DNA of 32,000 nt from Nitrosarchaeum sp. (GTDB lineage Archaea; Thermoproteota; Nitrososphaeria; Nitrososphaerales; Nitrosopumilaceae), in the NCBI GenBank assembly GCA_025699025.1, contig JAILWJ010000001.1:169148-201147 (forward strand). The letters are read 5' to 3'. The notes beneath the pieces are model-generated. The model did no database searches and was not told where the DNA came from. It saw only the letters and a list, made by a program, of their open reading frames with translations. The position numbers and the translations under genes were made by a program. This document shows, piece by piece, positions 8,386 to 16,293 of the stretch. Each line of letters opens with the position of its first letter. Position 1 is the first letter of the stretch.

Positions 8386-9393
8386 ATGACCGTATCTGAT
8401 GGCACTGACGTATTTGCGCCTGATAAGGCAGTGACTTCTGCAAGATTAAACAAAACTGTTCTTTGGAGAGGTACAAGCTTGCCTGTGGGTGCTGCAAACA
8501 AAATACCAAAGGATGGATTCTTTGTGCTTGTTGATTCGATGACAGATCCGACAACTTTCACTTTTTACATCCAGACATCAGAAATTTTATCCAGTCCTGA
8601 CTTTAAACCAATAATTGCGCCAGACTCGGACTTTCCAGACGGACTTGGCAGTCTTGCCGATAAAGTAGAAGTTGGCTCTATGTCTAGAACGGCTCATACA
8701 GATTTTCCAACTGCGGCCGAGGATTGGGCTTGGGGCGCTTATAGTTCTGGTAATTATACGGAAAAGACAAGTGCACCATCATCTATAGTGGATTTAGACA
8801 AGGGCACATGGGTCATATGGTTCAAACTTACATCCACTTCTACTATTCAAGCAATAGCTTCAATAAGTAAAGCCACAACTACTACATCACAGAAAGATAA
8901 CTATTTCATTCATTATCGTGGTGATCTGTCGAGTCCAAACAAGAGAATTGAAATTGCTTTGGATGTGGCGGGAACCCGTGTAATGAATTGTTACACCAAT
9001 ACTGAAATTAACGATACAAATTGGCATATGATAGCAGTGGTATCAACTGGCTCATTACTGAAAGTATACCTGGATGGAATTTTGCAGACCCTGACCTTTG
9101 ATACTGGCTCTAACTTGGGACAATTTTTTTATTCTGCAACAAATGCAGACAGGTTAAACGATGGCTCCACATATTCAAGTGCAACCCGAGTAAATCCTTT
9201 CACAGGGTATCTTGATGAGCAGATAATTTGGAGTGAAGCGTTATCCGGTGCAGAAATATCAAGCTTGTATAACTCTGGTGCAGGAGAATTACCACAAAAC
9301 ATACACAAAAGTGGCTTGTTGGCTTATTGGAAATACGAAGAGGATCCTGCATCAGGTTCAGGTGTGACAGTAGTTAACAGTGCAATACCGTAA
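8386..9393 (+). CDS. LamG / concanavalin A-like jelly-roll domain protein (putative tail fibre or receptor-binding protein 2)
   Basis: Clear Laminin_G_3-type pattern: GTWVIWFKLTS...NDTNWHMIAVVSTGSLLKVYLDGILQ...FTGYLDEQIIWSEALSGAEISSLYNSG. It is the last gene of the viral block. Confidence 0.6.
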   Translation: MTVSDGTDVFAPDKAVTSARLNKTVLWRGTSLPVGAANKIPKDGFFVLVDSMTDPTTFTFYIQTSEILSSPDFKPIIAPDSDFPDGLGSLADKVEVGSMSRTAHTDFPTAAEDWAWGAYSSGNYTEKTSAPSSIVDLDKGTWVIWFKLTSTSTIQAIASISKATTTTSQKDNYFIHYRGDLSSPNKRIEIALDVAGTRVMNCYTNTEINDTNWHMIAVVSTGSLLKVYLDGILQTLTFDTGSNLGQFFYSATNADRLNDGSTYSSATRVNPFTGYLDEQIIWSEALSGAEISSLYNSGAGELPQNIHKSGLLAYWKYEEDPASGSGVTVVNSAIP

Positions 9394-9519
9394 ATTCAAA
9401 GGCAATGAATTAATCCAAATATTCCTTCACTGTGGAACCAAAATGCCAGATTTGCTTGTGCAAAGGATGATAATCAGCAATAAAACTGTAAGATAGGGTA
9501 ACCAAATTTCAAATCTATG

Positions 9520-9527
9520 TTTAAATA
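9520..9527 (+). promoter_or_regulatory. Candidate archaeal TATA box (TTTAAATA) for mrp
   Basis: The box is centred about 27 nt upstream of ATG 9551. That spacing fits a leaderless or near-leaderless transcript and argues for ATG 9551 rather than GTG 9530. Confidence 0.35.
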
Positions 9528-9550
9528 ATGTGAACGGACTTTTTTACGCA

Positions 9551-10660
9551 ATGGTTGCAATAGACCAAGTCCTTGAGAAACTAAGCACAGTCATTGATCC
9601 GGACTTGAAAAAAGATATTGTCTCAATGGGGATGATCAAAGATCTTGAACTAAACGATGGTAATCTGAAATTTACTTTGGAGCTCACAACTCCGGCATGT
9701 CCTTTCAACGTCGAAATCGAGGATGACGTAAGAAAGGTCGTAGGTGAGATTGAAGGAATCAAAAACTTTGACATGAATGTAACTGCCAAAGTCATGGAAG
9801 GGCGCTCACTTGATGCAGACACCGGCATGGCCACTGTCAAAAATATCATCGGAGTTGCAAGTGGCAAAGGTGGTGTTGGAAAATCTACTGTCTCTTTGAA
9901 TCTAGCTCTTGCACTGTCTCAATCAGGAGCCAAAGTCGGACTACTTGATGCAGATATCTACGGTCCAAGCATTCCGCTAATGCTGGGTATGAAAGACGGA
10001 TACATGGAAGTCGAGGATAACAAGTTACAGCCTGCAGACTCTAATGGACTCAAAGTGGTTTCATTTGGTTTCTTTGCAGAACAATCCCACCAGGCAGCAA
10101 TTTACCGAGGTCCAATAATTTCTGGCATCTTGAAACAATTTCTGGTTGACACAAACTGGTCTGACCTTGATTATCTTATCGTTGATCTTCCTCCCGGAAC
10201 AGGCGACATTCCACTTACTCTTGCTCAAACAATTCCTATAACTGGAATTTTGGTTGTCACCACTCCACAAGATGTTGCAAGTAATGTGGCAGTAAAAGCA
10301 ATCGGGATGTTTGAAAAGCTAAACGTCCCAATAATTGGTGTGGTAGAAAACATGAGTCATTTCATTTGTCCCAAGTGCGATGAGAAACACTATATCTTTG
10401 GCGATGGCGGCGCAAAGAAAATCTCCGAGCAGTTCAACATTCCATTTTTGGGCGAAATTCCACTAAACTCTGGAATAATGTCTGGCTCTGATTTGGGCAA
10501 GCCAATAATGATTACAAACCCTGACTCTCCAAGCGCAAAAGCATTTAGATCAAGTGCAAAAAACATTGCCGCACAATGCAGCATTCTTGCCTCAAAACTG
10601 CAACAGGAGATGGCATCTGAAGGGACAGAGCCCGCTCCTGAAGCAAGCACTACAAGCTAG
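9551..10660 (+). CDS. mrp: Mrp/NBP35/ApbC-family Fe-S cluster carrier ATPase with an N-terminal DUF59 domain
   Basis: N-terminus is DUF59-like (VLEKLSTVIDPDLKKDIVSMGMIKDLEL). It has the deviant Walker A SGKGGVGKST and the conserved CPKC motif. Confidence 0.9.
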   Translation: MVAIDQVLEKLSTVIDPDLKKDIVSMGMIKDLELNDGNLKFTLELTTPACPFNVEIEDDVRKVVGEIEGIKNFDMNVTAKVMEGRSLDADTGMATVKNIIGVASGKGGVGKSTVSLNLALALSQSGAKVGLLDADIYGPSIPLMLGMKDGYMEVEDNKLQPADSNGLKVVSFGFFAEQSHQAAIYRGPIISGILKQFLVDTNWSDLDYLIVDLPPGTGDIPLTLAQTIPITGILVVTTPQDVASNVAVKAIGMFEKLNVPIIGVVENMSHFICPKCDEKHYIFGDGGAKKISEQFNIPFLGEIPLNSGIMSGSDLGKPIMITNPDSPSAKAFRSSAKNIAAQCSILASKLQQEMASEGTEPAPEASTTS

Positions 10661-10671
10661 TTCTGATTTCT

Positions 10672-11166
10672 GTGAAACTGCCTGATTCTCTTAGAGAGCA
10701 ACTAAAGATTCCGCTTGGTGTTCTGTTACCTGAACATAATGTTACAAAACAAAATATCCTAAATCACATCCAAAACAACTCCTTTGTAATCACTGTTGGT
10801 GATAGGACTACTGAAAAGATGCTTGATTTTGGTCTGGTCCCGTTCCTGCAAATTATCGACAGCCAAGAAAAGAGAGTAAAGCGCGAGATTCCAAAGTCAG
10901 ACACCCTGACTGACTTGACTTGTGACAACCCTGCAGCTGAAATCACCGAGCAAAGCATTGATGCCATCAAGCAGGCCTTTCTGTCAAAGCCTCCAGTAAG
11001 GTTAGTTGTAAACGGGGAAGAAGATCTGCTTGTGATTCCAGTCTGTATTCATGCTCCTGAGAACTCAGTCGTGCTGTACGGGCAACCAAATGAGGGGCTA
11101 GTTATAGTCCAAATTACACCTGAAATAAAAAGTAAAACACAAAGACTACTTGATTCAATGGACTAG
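10672..11166 (+). CDS. DUF359 family protein (archaeal GTP-dependent dephospho-CoA kinase family)
   Basis: Family pattern: VITVGDRTTEKMLDFGLVP...IIDSQEKR...VNGEEDLLVIPVCIHAPENSVVLYGQPNEGLVIV. GTG start. Confidence 0.7.
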   Translation: MKLPDSLREQLKIPLGVLLPEHNVTKQNILNHIQNNSFVITVGDRTTEKMLDFGLVPFLQIIDSQEKRVKREIPKSDTLTDLTCDNPAAEITEQSIDAIKQAFLSKPPVRLVVNGEEDLLVIPVCIHAPENSVVLYGQPNEGLVIVQITPEIKSKTQRLLDSMD

Positions 11167-11168
11167 TC

Positions 11169-11226
11169 GGGTATGATGAGACGGTGGCTGTATGATTTGT
11201 GATTACACTACTAAAAACTCTGACCC
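11169..11226 (+). ncRNA. Candidate C/D box sRNA (2'-O-methylation guide), 58 nt
   Basis: Layout: GGGT, C box ATGATGA (11173-79), 12-nt spacer, D'-like ATGA (11192-95), 3 nt, C'-like GTGATTA (11199-205), 14-nt spacer, D box CTGA (11220-23), CCC. The terminal GGG/CCC can pair. It starts 3 nt after the DUF359 stop. Confidence 0.45.
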
Positions 11227-11317
11227 TATTAATTCATATTTTGAAGAATCAAAATGAACCAAACTTCTTACAACAATTGACATTTTAGGATAAACGCCGA
11301 TTCCATCAACATTCTCC

Positions 11318-11695
11318 GTGAAGCTTGATCCTGAACTTAGATTGCAAATTTTAGAAAAGGTCGGAATCTACTCTAATCGGTTCTCTATTGCCGAACCCCA
11401 CATCATGTTGACTACTAAGGAGGTTCTTGATGCACCAAAAGAAATGACCGAAGGTAGACGTACTTCTGCATACAAGTATTACGGGGTGTCATACCTTCAA
11501 CATAATCTGGTGTTCATTAATGTGAGAAAAATTCCAGATGATAAGACCATTGAAAACACAATTGTTCATGAGTTGATCCACATGCGATTCCCATATCTTG
11601 CTCATGGGAAGCGATTCAACAAACTGGTAAGGCAGGGACTGAAAGGAAAAACATTTCCGCCATACAGAAAAAGAAACAAGATCGCCCCTATTTGA
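11318..11695 (+). CDS. Small HExxH protein (SprT-like / metallopeptidase-like), 125 aa
   Basis: Has the motif IVHELIHMRFPYLAHGKRF (HExxH followed by a downstream His). GTG start. No further domain was recognised. Confidence 0.45.
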   Translation: MKLDPELRLQILEKVGIYSNRFSIAEPHIMLTTKEVLDAPKEMTEGRRTSAYKYYGVSYLQHNLVFINVRKIPDDKTIENTIVHELIHMRFPYLAHGKRFNKLVRQGLKGKTFPPYRKRNKIAPI

Positions 11696-11703
11696 TTTAT
11701 ATT
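11696..11703 (+). promoter_or_regulatory. Candidate TATA box (TTTATATT) for hppA
   Basis: The box is centred about 32 nt upstream of ATG 11732, immediately after the preceding stop codon. Confidence 0.35.
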
Positions 11704-11731
11704 TCCCAGAATTAGGCAAGCTCAGTATAAC

Positions 11732-13768
11732 ATGGAAATCCAAGAGATTCTGCCCATTGGGGCAGGCATTGCTTCATTTTTAGTCGCAGCCGTTCTTGTG
11801 GCTTGGATTACAAAACAGCCTGCAGGAACAAAAGAGATGATGGACATCTCAAACGCAGTCAAGGTCGGGGCTTCAGCATTTCTCAAAAGAGAGATGAAAA
11901 TCATAATTCCAGTTGCAATATCTCTGGCAGTAATTATCGGCGTTTTTCTCCAGCCCTCAAACGGCATAGCATTTGCAGTTGGGGCTACATTGTCTGCAGT
12001 CGCAGGATTGATTTCATTAAAGATTACAGTAAAAGCAGCAGTTAGGGCTGCACATCTAAGTAACAGTGGTCTTGGAAAGACCTTTGCCATGGCCTTTAGG
12101 GGCGGAGCAACTGTCGGGCTGGCAGTTCCAGCTATGGCACTCTTGGCAATTACTGGATTGTATCTGATTTATCCAGACCCAATCACCATTGCAGGTGTTG
12201 GCATTGGAGCCAGCCTTATTGCATTATTCATCAGAATTGGAGGTGGCATCTTTACAAAGGCTGCAGACATGGGCGCAGACTTGGTTGGAAAAGTCGAGGC
12301 AAACATTCCTGAGGATGATCCTAGAAACCCTGCCACCATTGCAGACAATGTCGGCGACAATGTAGGCGATGCTGCAGGAATGGGATCTGACGTTTACGAA
12401 TCTTACATTGTGACTATACTTGCAGCACTGTTGATTGCTGCACTTATCGGTGCTCCTGACTTGTTCCTCTATCCAATCTTGATTGGCGCATCTGGAATGA
12501 TTGCATCTATTATTGGCGTTGTAATTGTTGGCTCTAAGAACGTCACCGATGTGATGAAGCCGCTTAACCGCTCATTTTATGTCTCGGCTGCAATTGCAAT
12601 TGGATTAAACTATGTATTTACCATGCAATTTCTTGAATCGTCTGCTGCATATGCGCTGTTTGGTGCAACCGTGATTGGTGTAATCCTAGTTCCTGTGATT
12701 CAAAAGATCACCGACCGATACACCAATTACAAGTATGGCCCAGTAAATGAAATTGCAGACTCTGCAAAGTGGGGGTATGCGTCATTGACACTAATGGGAA
12801 TCATCAAAGGCCTCCAGTCAACAGGACCATTCATGATTGCTCTGGTTGTTGCAATAATCATCTCTTATAGCATTTCATCTGCGGCAGCGCCTGAAGGTGC
12901 AGACCCAGTACTGTATGGAATCTTTGGCACCGCTCTTACTGCAATGGCCATGTTGAGTCTTGCAGGAATTGTTCTAAGTATTGATGCGTTTGGCCCAATT
13001 GCAGACAATGCCGGAGGCATTGTAGAGATGACTGGCATGGGCGAAGAAAACCGTAAAATCACTGATGAAATCGATGCAGTTGGAAATACCACCAAAGCAG
13101 TAACCAAGGGATTTGCAATTGCAAGTGCGGCGTTGGCTGCGCTGGCAATGATTCAGGCATTTCAGTTTGAGGCAGCACATGTGTTTGAAGGAATCTTGAC
13201 ATTAGACTATAGTTTGACCAATCCTGCAGTTGTAGTTGGATTGCTCATTGGAGGCTTGATTCCATTTATCATTACAGGACAACTGATCAACGGCGTGTCA
13301 AGGGCTGCAGGCAAGATGGTTGATGAGGTCCGACGACAATTCAAAGCTGATCCTGAAATTCTTACCGGTAAATCAAAGCCTGATTATGCAAAGTGCGTCG
13401 ATATTGCAACTGTTGCGTCAATCAAAGAGCTCTGGAAGCCTGCACTTATTGCAATCATCTCTCCTATCATTCTGGGTGTTCTCTTGGGTCCTACCGCTGT
13501 AGCCGGACTACTTATGGGCTCTGTTGTCACAGGAATACTGTTGGCGTACCACTTGGCAAACACTGGTGGCGCATGGGATAATGCAAAGAAGTTAGTTGAG
13601 ATGAAAGGACAAAAAGGCTCCGAAGAACACAAAGTAGCTGTAGTTGGCGACATTATTGGTGATCCTTACAAAGACACCGCAGGACCCGCATTAAACACCG
13701 TAATCAAGTTGCTAAACACAATTGCAATAGTGTTTGTATCTGCATTTATCGCAATCATTGCAATCTAG
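11732..13768 (+). CDS. hppA: Membrane-bound H+-translocating pyrophosphatase, K+-independent type
   Basis: Family motifs: GGGIFTKAADMGADLVGKVE, IADNVGDNVGD, DAFGPIADNAGG, GNTTKAVTKGFAI and GDPYKDTAGPALN. It has many TM helices. The Lys in GNTTKA marks the K+-independent subfamily. Confidence 0.97.
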   Translation: MEIQEILPIGAGIASFLVAAVLVAWITKQPAGTKEMMDISNAVKVGASAFLKREMKIIIPVAISLAVIIGVFLQPSNGIAFAVGATLSAVAGLISLKITVKAAVRAAHLSNSGLGKTFAMAFRGGATVGLAVPAMALLAITGLYLIYPDPITIAGVGIGASLIALFIRIGGGIFTKAADMGADLVGKVEANIPEDDPRNPATIADNVGDNVGDAAGMGSDVYESYIVTILAALLIAALIGAPDLFLYPILIGASGMIASIIGVVIVGSKNVTDVMKPLNRSFYVSAAIAIGLNYVFTMQFLESSAAYALFGATVIGVILVPVIQKITDRYTNYKYGPVNEIADSAKWGYASLTLMGIIKGLQSTGPFMIALVVAIIISYSISSAAAPEGADPVLYGIFGTALTAMAMLSLAGIVLSIDAFGPIADNAGGIVEMTGMGEENRKITDEIDAVGNTTKAVTKGFAIASAALAALAMIQAFQFEAAHVFEGILTLDYSLTNPAVVVGLLIGGLIPFIITGQLINGVSRAAGKMVDEVRRQFKADPEILTGKSKPDYAKCVDIATVASIKELWKPALIAIISPIILGVLLGPTAVAGLLMGSVVTGILLAYHLANTGGAWDNAKKLVEMKGQKGSEEHKVAVVGDIIGDPYKDTAGPALNTVIKLLNTIAIVFVSAFIAIIAI

Positions 13769-13953
13769 TTCTTATCTTCAATCATTAATGTCAGATCCAA
13801 TTCGTCAATCTGTGCTTGAATTGCTTTTTTCAAAGTCTCATTGTGCTTATCGCAGAACTTGAAATAGTCGTCTGCTGTCTGAAAACAACCACAAATCCAT
13901 CTTGTCTTTTTGTCTCCTTCCACTGTCCACTTTGAGTATCTGTGCTCTGCCAT
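13765..13953 (-). CDS. Small hypothetical protein (62 aa)
   Basis: The ORF is convergent with hppA and shares a CTAG stop-stop overlap with it. Sequence includes WICGCFQ...FCDKH. No family was recognised. Confidence 0.4.
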   Translation of the reverse strand: MAEHRYSKWTVEGDKKTRWICGCFQTADDYFKFCDKHNETLKKAIQAQIDELDLTLMIEDKN

Positions 13954-14010
13954 GCATCTAAAAAGACAGAGTCATAAAAAAATCTAGAGTCTGAAAAAGG
14001 AAAAAAGTGT

Positions 14011-14268
14011 TTAAGGACAGCCTTCCATTTTCTGGATAAAGTAGCCGTTTTCCTTAATTGCCCGCTCTACGGGCTCTGGTGCCCCTTGGGAATGGCAGAA
14101 CTGACACTCATTTTGTGTCATCACTGCATTTTCTTCGCCAATTGATTTTAACCATTCTTTGCCATATGCAATGGCTTTTGCATGGTCTTTTTCACCAGTA
14201 ATTACATCAAAGTGCATGGTATGTCCGTCTGCTGCCTTGACATAAGTGTCGTATACGTGAATTTCCAT
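14011..14268 (-). CDS. DUF2024 family protein
   Basis: Pattern recalled for DUF2024: IHVYDTYVKAADGHTMHFDV...NECQFCHSQGAPEPVERAIKENGYFIQKMEGCP. The start could be 14280 or 14268. Confidence 0.6.
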   Translation of the reverse strand: MEIHVYDTYVKAADGHTMHFDVITGEKDHAKAIAYGKEWLKSIGEENAVMTQNECQFCHSQGAPEPVERAIKENGYFIQKMEGCP

Positions 14269-14317
14269 AAATATAATCATCCGAAGGGATATTTAATTCA
14301 AAGATCATTTGCATCTC

Positions 14318-14707
14318 ATGGGCCATGTCGTTGACGTTCTCATTCCAAACTCTTCAAACATAACTTTGGAATTAGACAGCACACATTCTCCCAAGACTGT
14401 CAAGCAATTTGTTGAGTGTCTGCCTTTTTCTCTGACCCTTAATGTTTGGGGCGATGAGATTTACACAAATGAATCCCCGATAAACATCTCTGAGGAAGAT
14501 GCAAAATCTACCGTGGCACTCTATGACGTTGCGTACTGGCCAACTGGAAGGGCGATATGCCTGTTCTTTGGTCCCACACCAATCAGCAAGAAAGGTGAGA
14601 TTACTCCTGCGTCACCTGTAAATGTGATTGGAAGAATCCTCTCTCCTGACAAATCCATTCTTAAATTTGCCGATGGCAAGACTGCCACTTTTAGACTACA
14701 CTCATAG
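14318..14707 (+). CDS. Cyclophilin-like fold protein (TM1367 / PF04126-like)
   Basis: Pattern: LPFSLTLNVWGDEIYTN...YDVAYWPTGRAICLFFGPTP...PVNVIGRI. ATG 14318 is preferred over TTG 14309. Confidence 0.55.
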   Translation: MGHVVDVLIPNSSNITLELDSTHSPKTVKQFVECLPFSLTLNVWGDEIYTNESPINISEEDAKSTVALYDVAYWPTGRAICLFFGPTPISKKGEITPASPVNVIGRILSPDKSILKFADGKTATFRLHS

Positions 14708-15103
14708 AATCTCGACAACTGCTTCTTTAATGTCAGATTCCAGCACATACGCCTTCATGTCTTTTGAAACCCCTGAGTAAATCACCCACACTACTGGATT
14801 GCCTAACATGAATTTTCTATCCGTACTTGATGGGAATGCGATGGAGTCTGGATGTGAGTGAAATATGCCAATTACCTCCATCTTTTTTTCCTCAGCTAAT
14901 CTGTACCCCTCAATTAACTGCTCATTTGAAATGGTAAAGTTTGCCGGTGATTCTTCAATGTTTTCTGTCAGAAATACTTCTTTTACAATGCTGCCAGCAT
15001 CGTTTGTGATTCCAAACAAAATAGCACATGTCTCATTTGGCTTTTCATTTTCTGCATACTCTGTGAGGAGTTTTTTTTGAGATTCTGTTAATGTGATTTT
15101 CAA
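14702..15103 (-). CDS. JAMM/MPN+ metalloprotease
   Basis: Has E...HSHP...S..D: NETCAILFG...GIFHSHPDSIAFPSSTD. The start is ambiguous: TTG 15103 (right after the upstream stop), ATG 15136, or track start 15151, which overlaps the cupredoxin gene. Confidence 0.8.
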   Translation of the reverse strand: MKITLTESQKKLLTEYAENEKPNETCAILFGITNDAGSIVKEVFLTENIEESPANFTISNEQLIEGYRLAEEKKMEVIGIFHSHPDSIAFPSSTDRKFMLGNPVVWVIYSGVSKDMKAYVLESDIKEAVVEIL

Positions 15104-15105
15104 AT

Positions 15106-16200
15106 CTACTCTACGTCTACAGAACCTACCATCCATGGATGGACAATACAATAGTAGTCTACTTTTCCAGGACTGGAAAATGTATATTCAAATGAATCTT
15201 CTGCTGCAATCATTCCTGAATCAAACAACCCGTCTGGTCCCTGATTCGGTGTACCTGAAGTGACGGTGTGGATTGTGGTGTCGTTGTTTTCCCAAATGAC
15301 TTTGGTTCCAGCTGGAACTTGAATCACTTCCGGATCATAGTAAATTTGCCCAATCTGCTGAATTCCTGCACCATCAGGTATTGAAACTATAACATCTGCT
15401 TTTGGTTCCTCGACAATCAGCGTTGACACCATCCAAGGGTGAACCACACAAAGATACTCGTATTCTCCAACTGATAACTGGTTTGTATCCAGCTTGTATG
15501 TCTCTCCTGCAGCGATGAGGCTGGAATCAAATGTTTCTCCAAAGTCTACAGAGCTTGTAACGGTGTGTGCGACAGTGTCGGCATTTGTCCATTCCACAAT
15601 ATGCCCTTGAGGTACATTGGCCACATCTGGTTCATAGTCTGGCATTCCCTGTTCTGCAGATCCTTCTAAAATTGTAATTGCAAATATCGGGCCTGACTGC
15701 TCCACGTCTGTTGCCTCTGGCTCTGTTATGTTGGCTGACTCGTCTATCATGTATGTGTCAGGAGATACAAATCCAAACACAACCCACATTATGATGCCTG
15801 TTGCACCTGCCATTGCAACGATTGCGCCAAACGGCTTTGTAATTTCCGGTTTCTTCATTGCAATGTATGCTATTAGAATCGCTGGAAATGCTATTGCCAT
15901 CAAGATGCCTGCCAGTGTGACCGTATAGTTTGAAGAGTTCATTGTAAATGCATATGTTCCAAACCCTAGTGCAATTGAGATAATCACCAAAGTCGTGGCT
16001 TTGGCCCTGTTGCTAGTTGAGACCCCCCCATCCAAAATACCTGCTGACAGAAAGATCAGGCCAACAAACATGGTCAGGCCTGTCAGGGCATGCATTCCGT
16101 CTATGAAGGTATGTGCAATCCCCGAATAGGAAAGCGTGACGCCGGCCAAACCAATAGCCGTCAGTCCCATTCCTGGCATCATGAGGTCCCAATTACTCAT
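15106..16200 (-). CDS. Membrane-anchored protein with two tandem type-1 (blue) copper cupredoxin domains
   Basis: The N-terminal ~150 aa form about five hydrophobic helices. Two repeats follow, each with a His ligand (VAHTVTS / TIHTVTS) and a C-x2-H-x2-M loop (YLCVVHPWM / YYCIVHPWM). Confidence 0.85.
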   Translation of the reverse strand: MSNWDLMMPGMGLTAIGLAGVTLSYSGIAHTFIDGMHALTGLTMFVGLIFLSAGILDGGVSTSNRAKATTLVIISIALGFGTYAFTMNSSNYTVTLAGILMAIAFPAILIAYIAMKKPEITKPFGAIVAMAGATGIIMWVVFGFVSPDTYMIDESANITEPEATDVEQSGPIFAITILEGSAEQGMPDYEPDVANVPQGHIVEWTNADTVAHTVTSSVDFGETFDSSLIAAGETYKLDTNQLSVGEYEYLCVVHPWMVSTLIVEEPKADVIVSIPDGAGIQQIGQIYYDPEVIQVPAGTKVIWENNDTTIHTVTSGTPNQGPDGLFDSGMIAAEDSFEYTFSSPGKVDYYCIVHPWMVGSVDVE

Positions 16201-16293
16201 TTATGCTAGCTGGTAGGACTGAGATACTTATTCCTTTTGAAATGTCTTAGATCATCAAAGAAATTAAATTGCTACTCGCTAGGATAGAGTAGA

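Larger units (their letters stand above)
1..9393 (+). mobile_element. Tail/structural half of an integrated head-tail virus (provirus or provirus remnant), truncated by the window start
   Basis: About 12 co-oriented genes are packed with ATGA/TGATG/GTGA start-stop overlaps or 1-2 nt gaps. Content is tape-measure-like, gp10-like and LamG fibre-like, with a chaperone-like gene carrying a -1 frame extension. None of these ORFs shows a recognisable cellular housekeeping motif. The block stops abruptly 137 nt before the promoter region of host mrp. Confidence 0.65.

Noticed and set aside
6245-9530. Diversity-generating retroelement targeting the LamG genes
   Set aside because: There is no reverse transcriptase gene. 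No template-repeat/variable-repeat pair is visible near the 3' ends of the LamG genes. Only 137 nt of non-coding DNA follows.
9530-9550. GTG 9530 as the mrp start
   Set aside because: It falls only 3 nt after the putative TATA box. ATG 9551 gives the canonical DUF59 N-terminus and leaderless spacing.
11722-13653. Antisense and alternative-frame ORFs within hppA (11722..12090, 11803..12045, 12169..12360, 12865..13107, 12974..13180, 13320..13502, 13384..13653, 13393..13581)
   Set aside because: They lie entirely inside a confidently identified PPase gene and are typical shadow ORFs.
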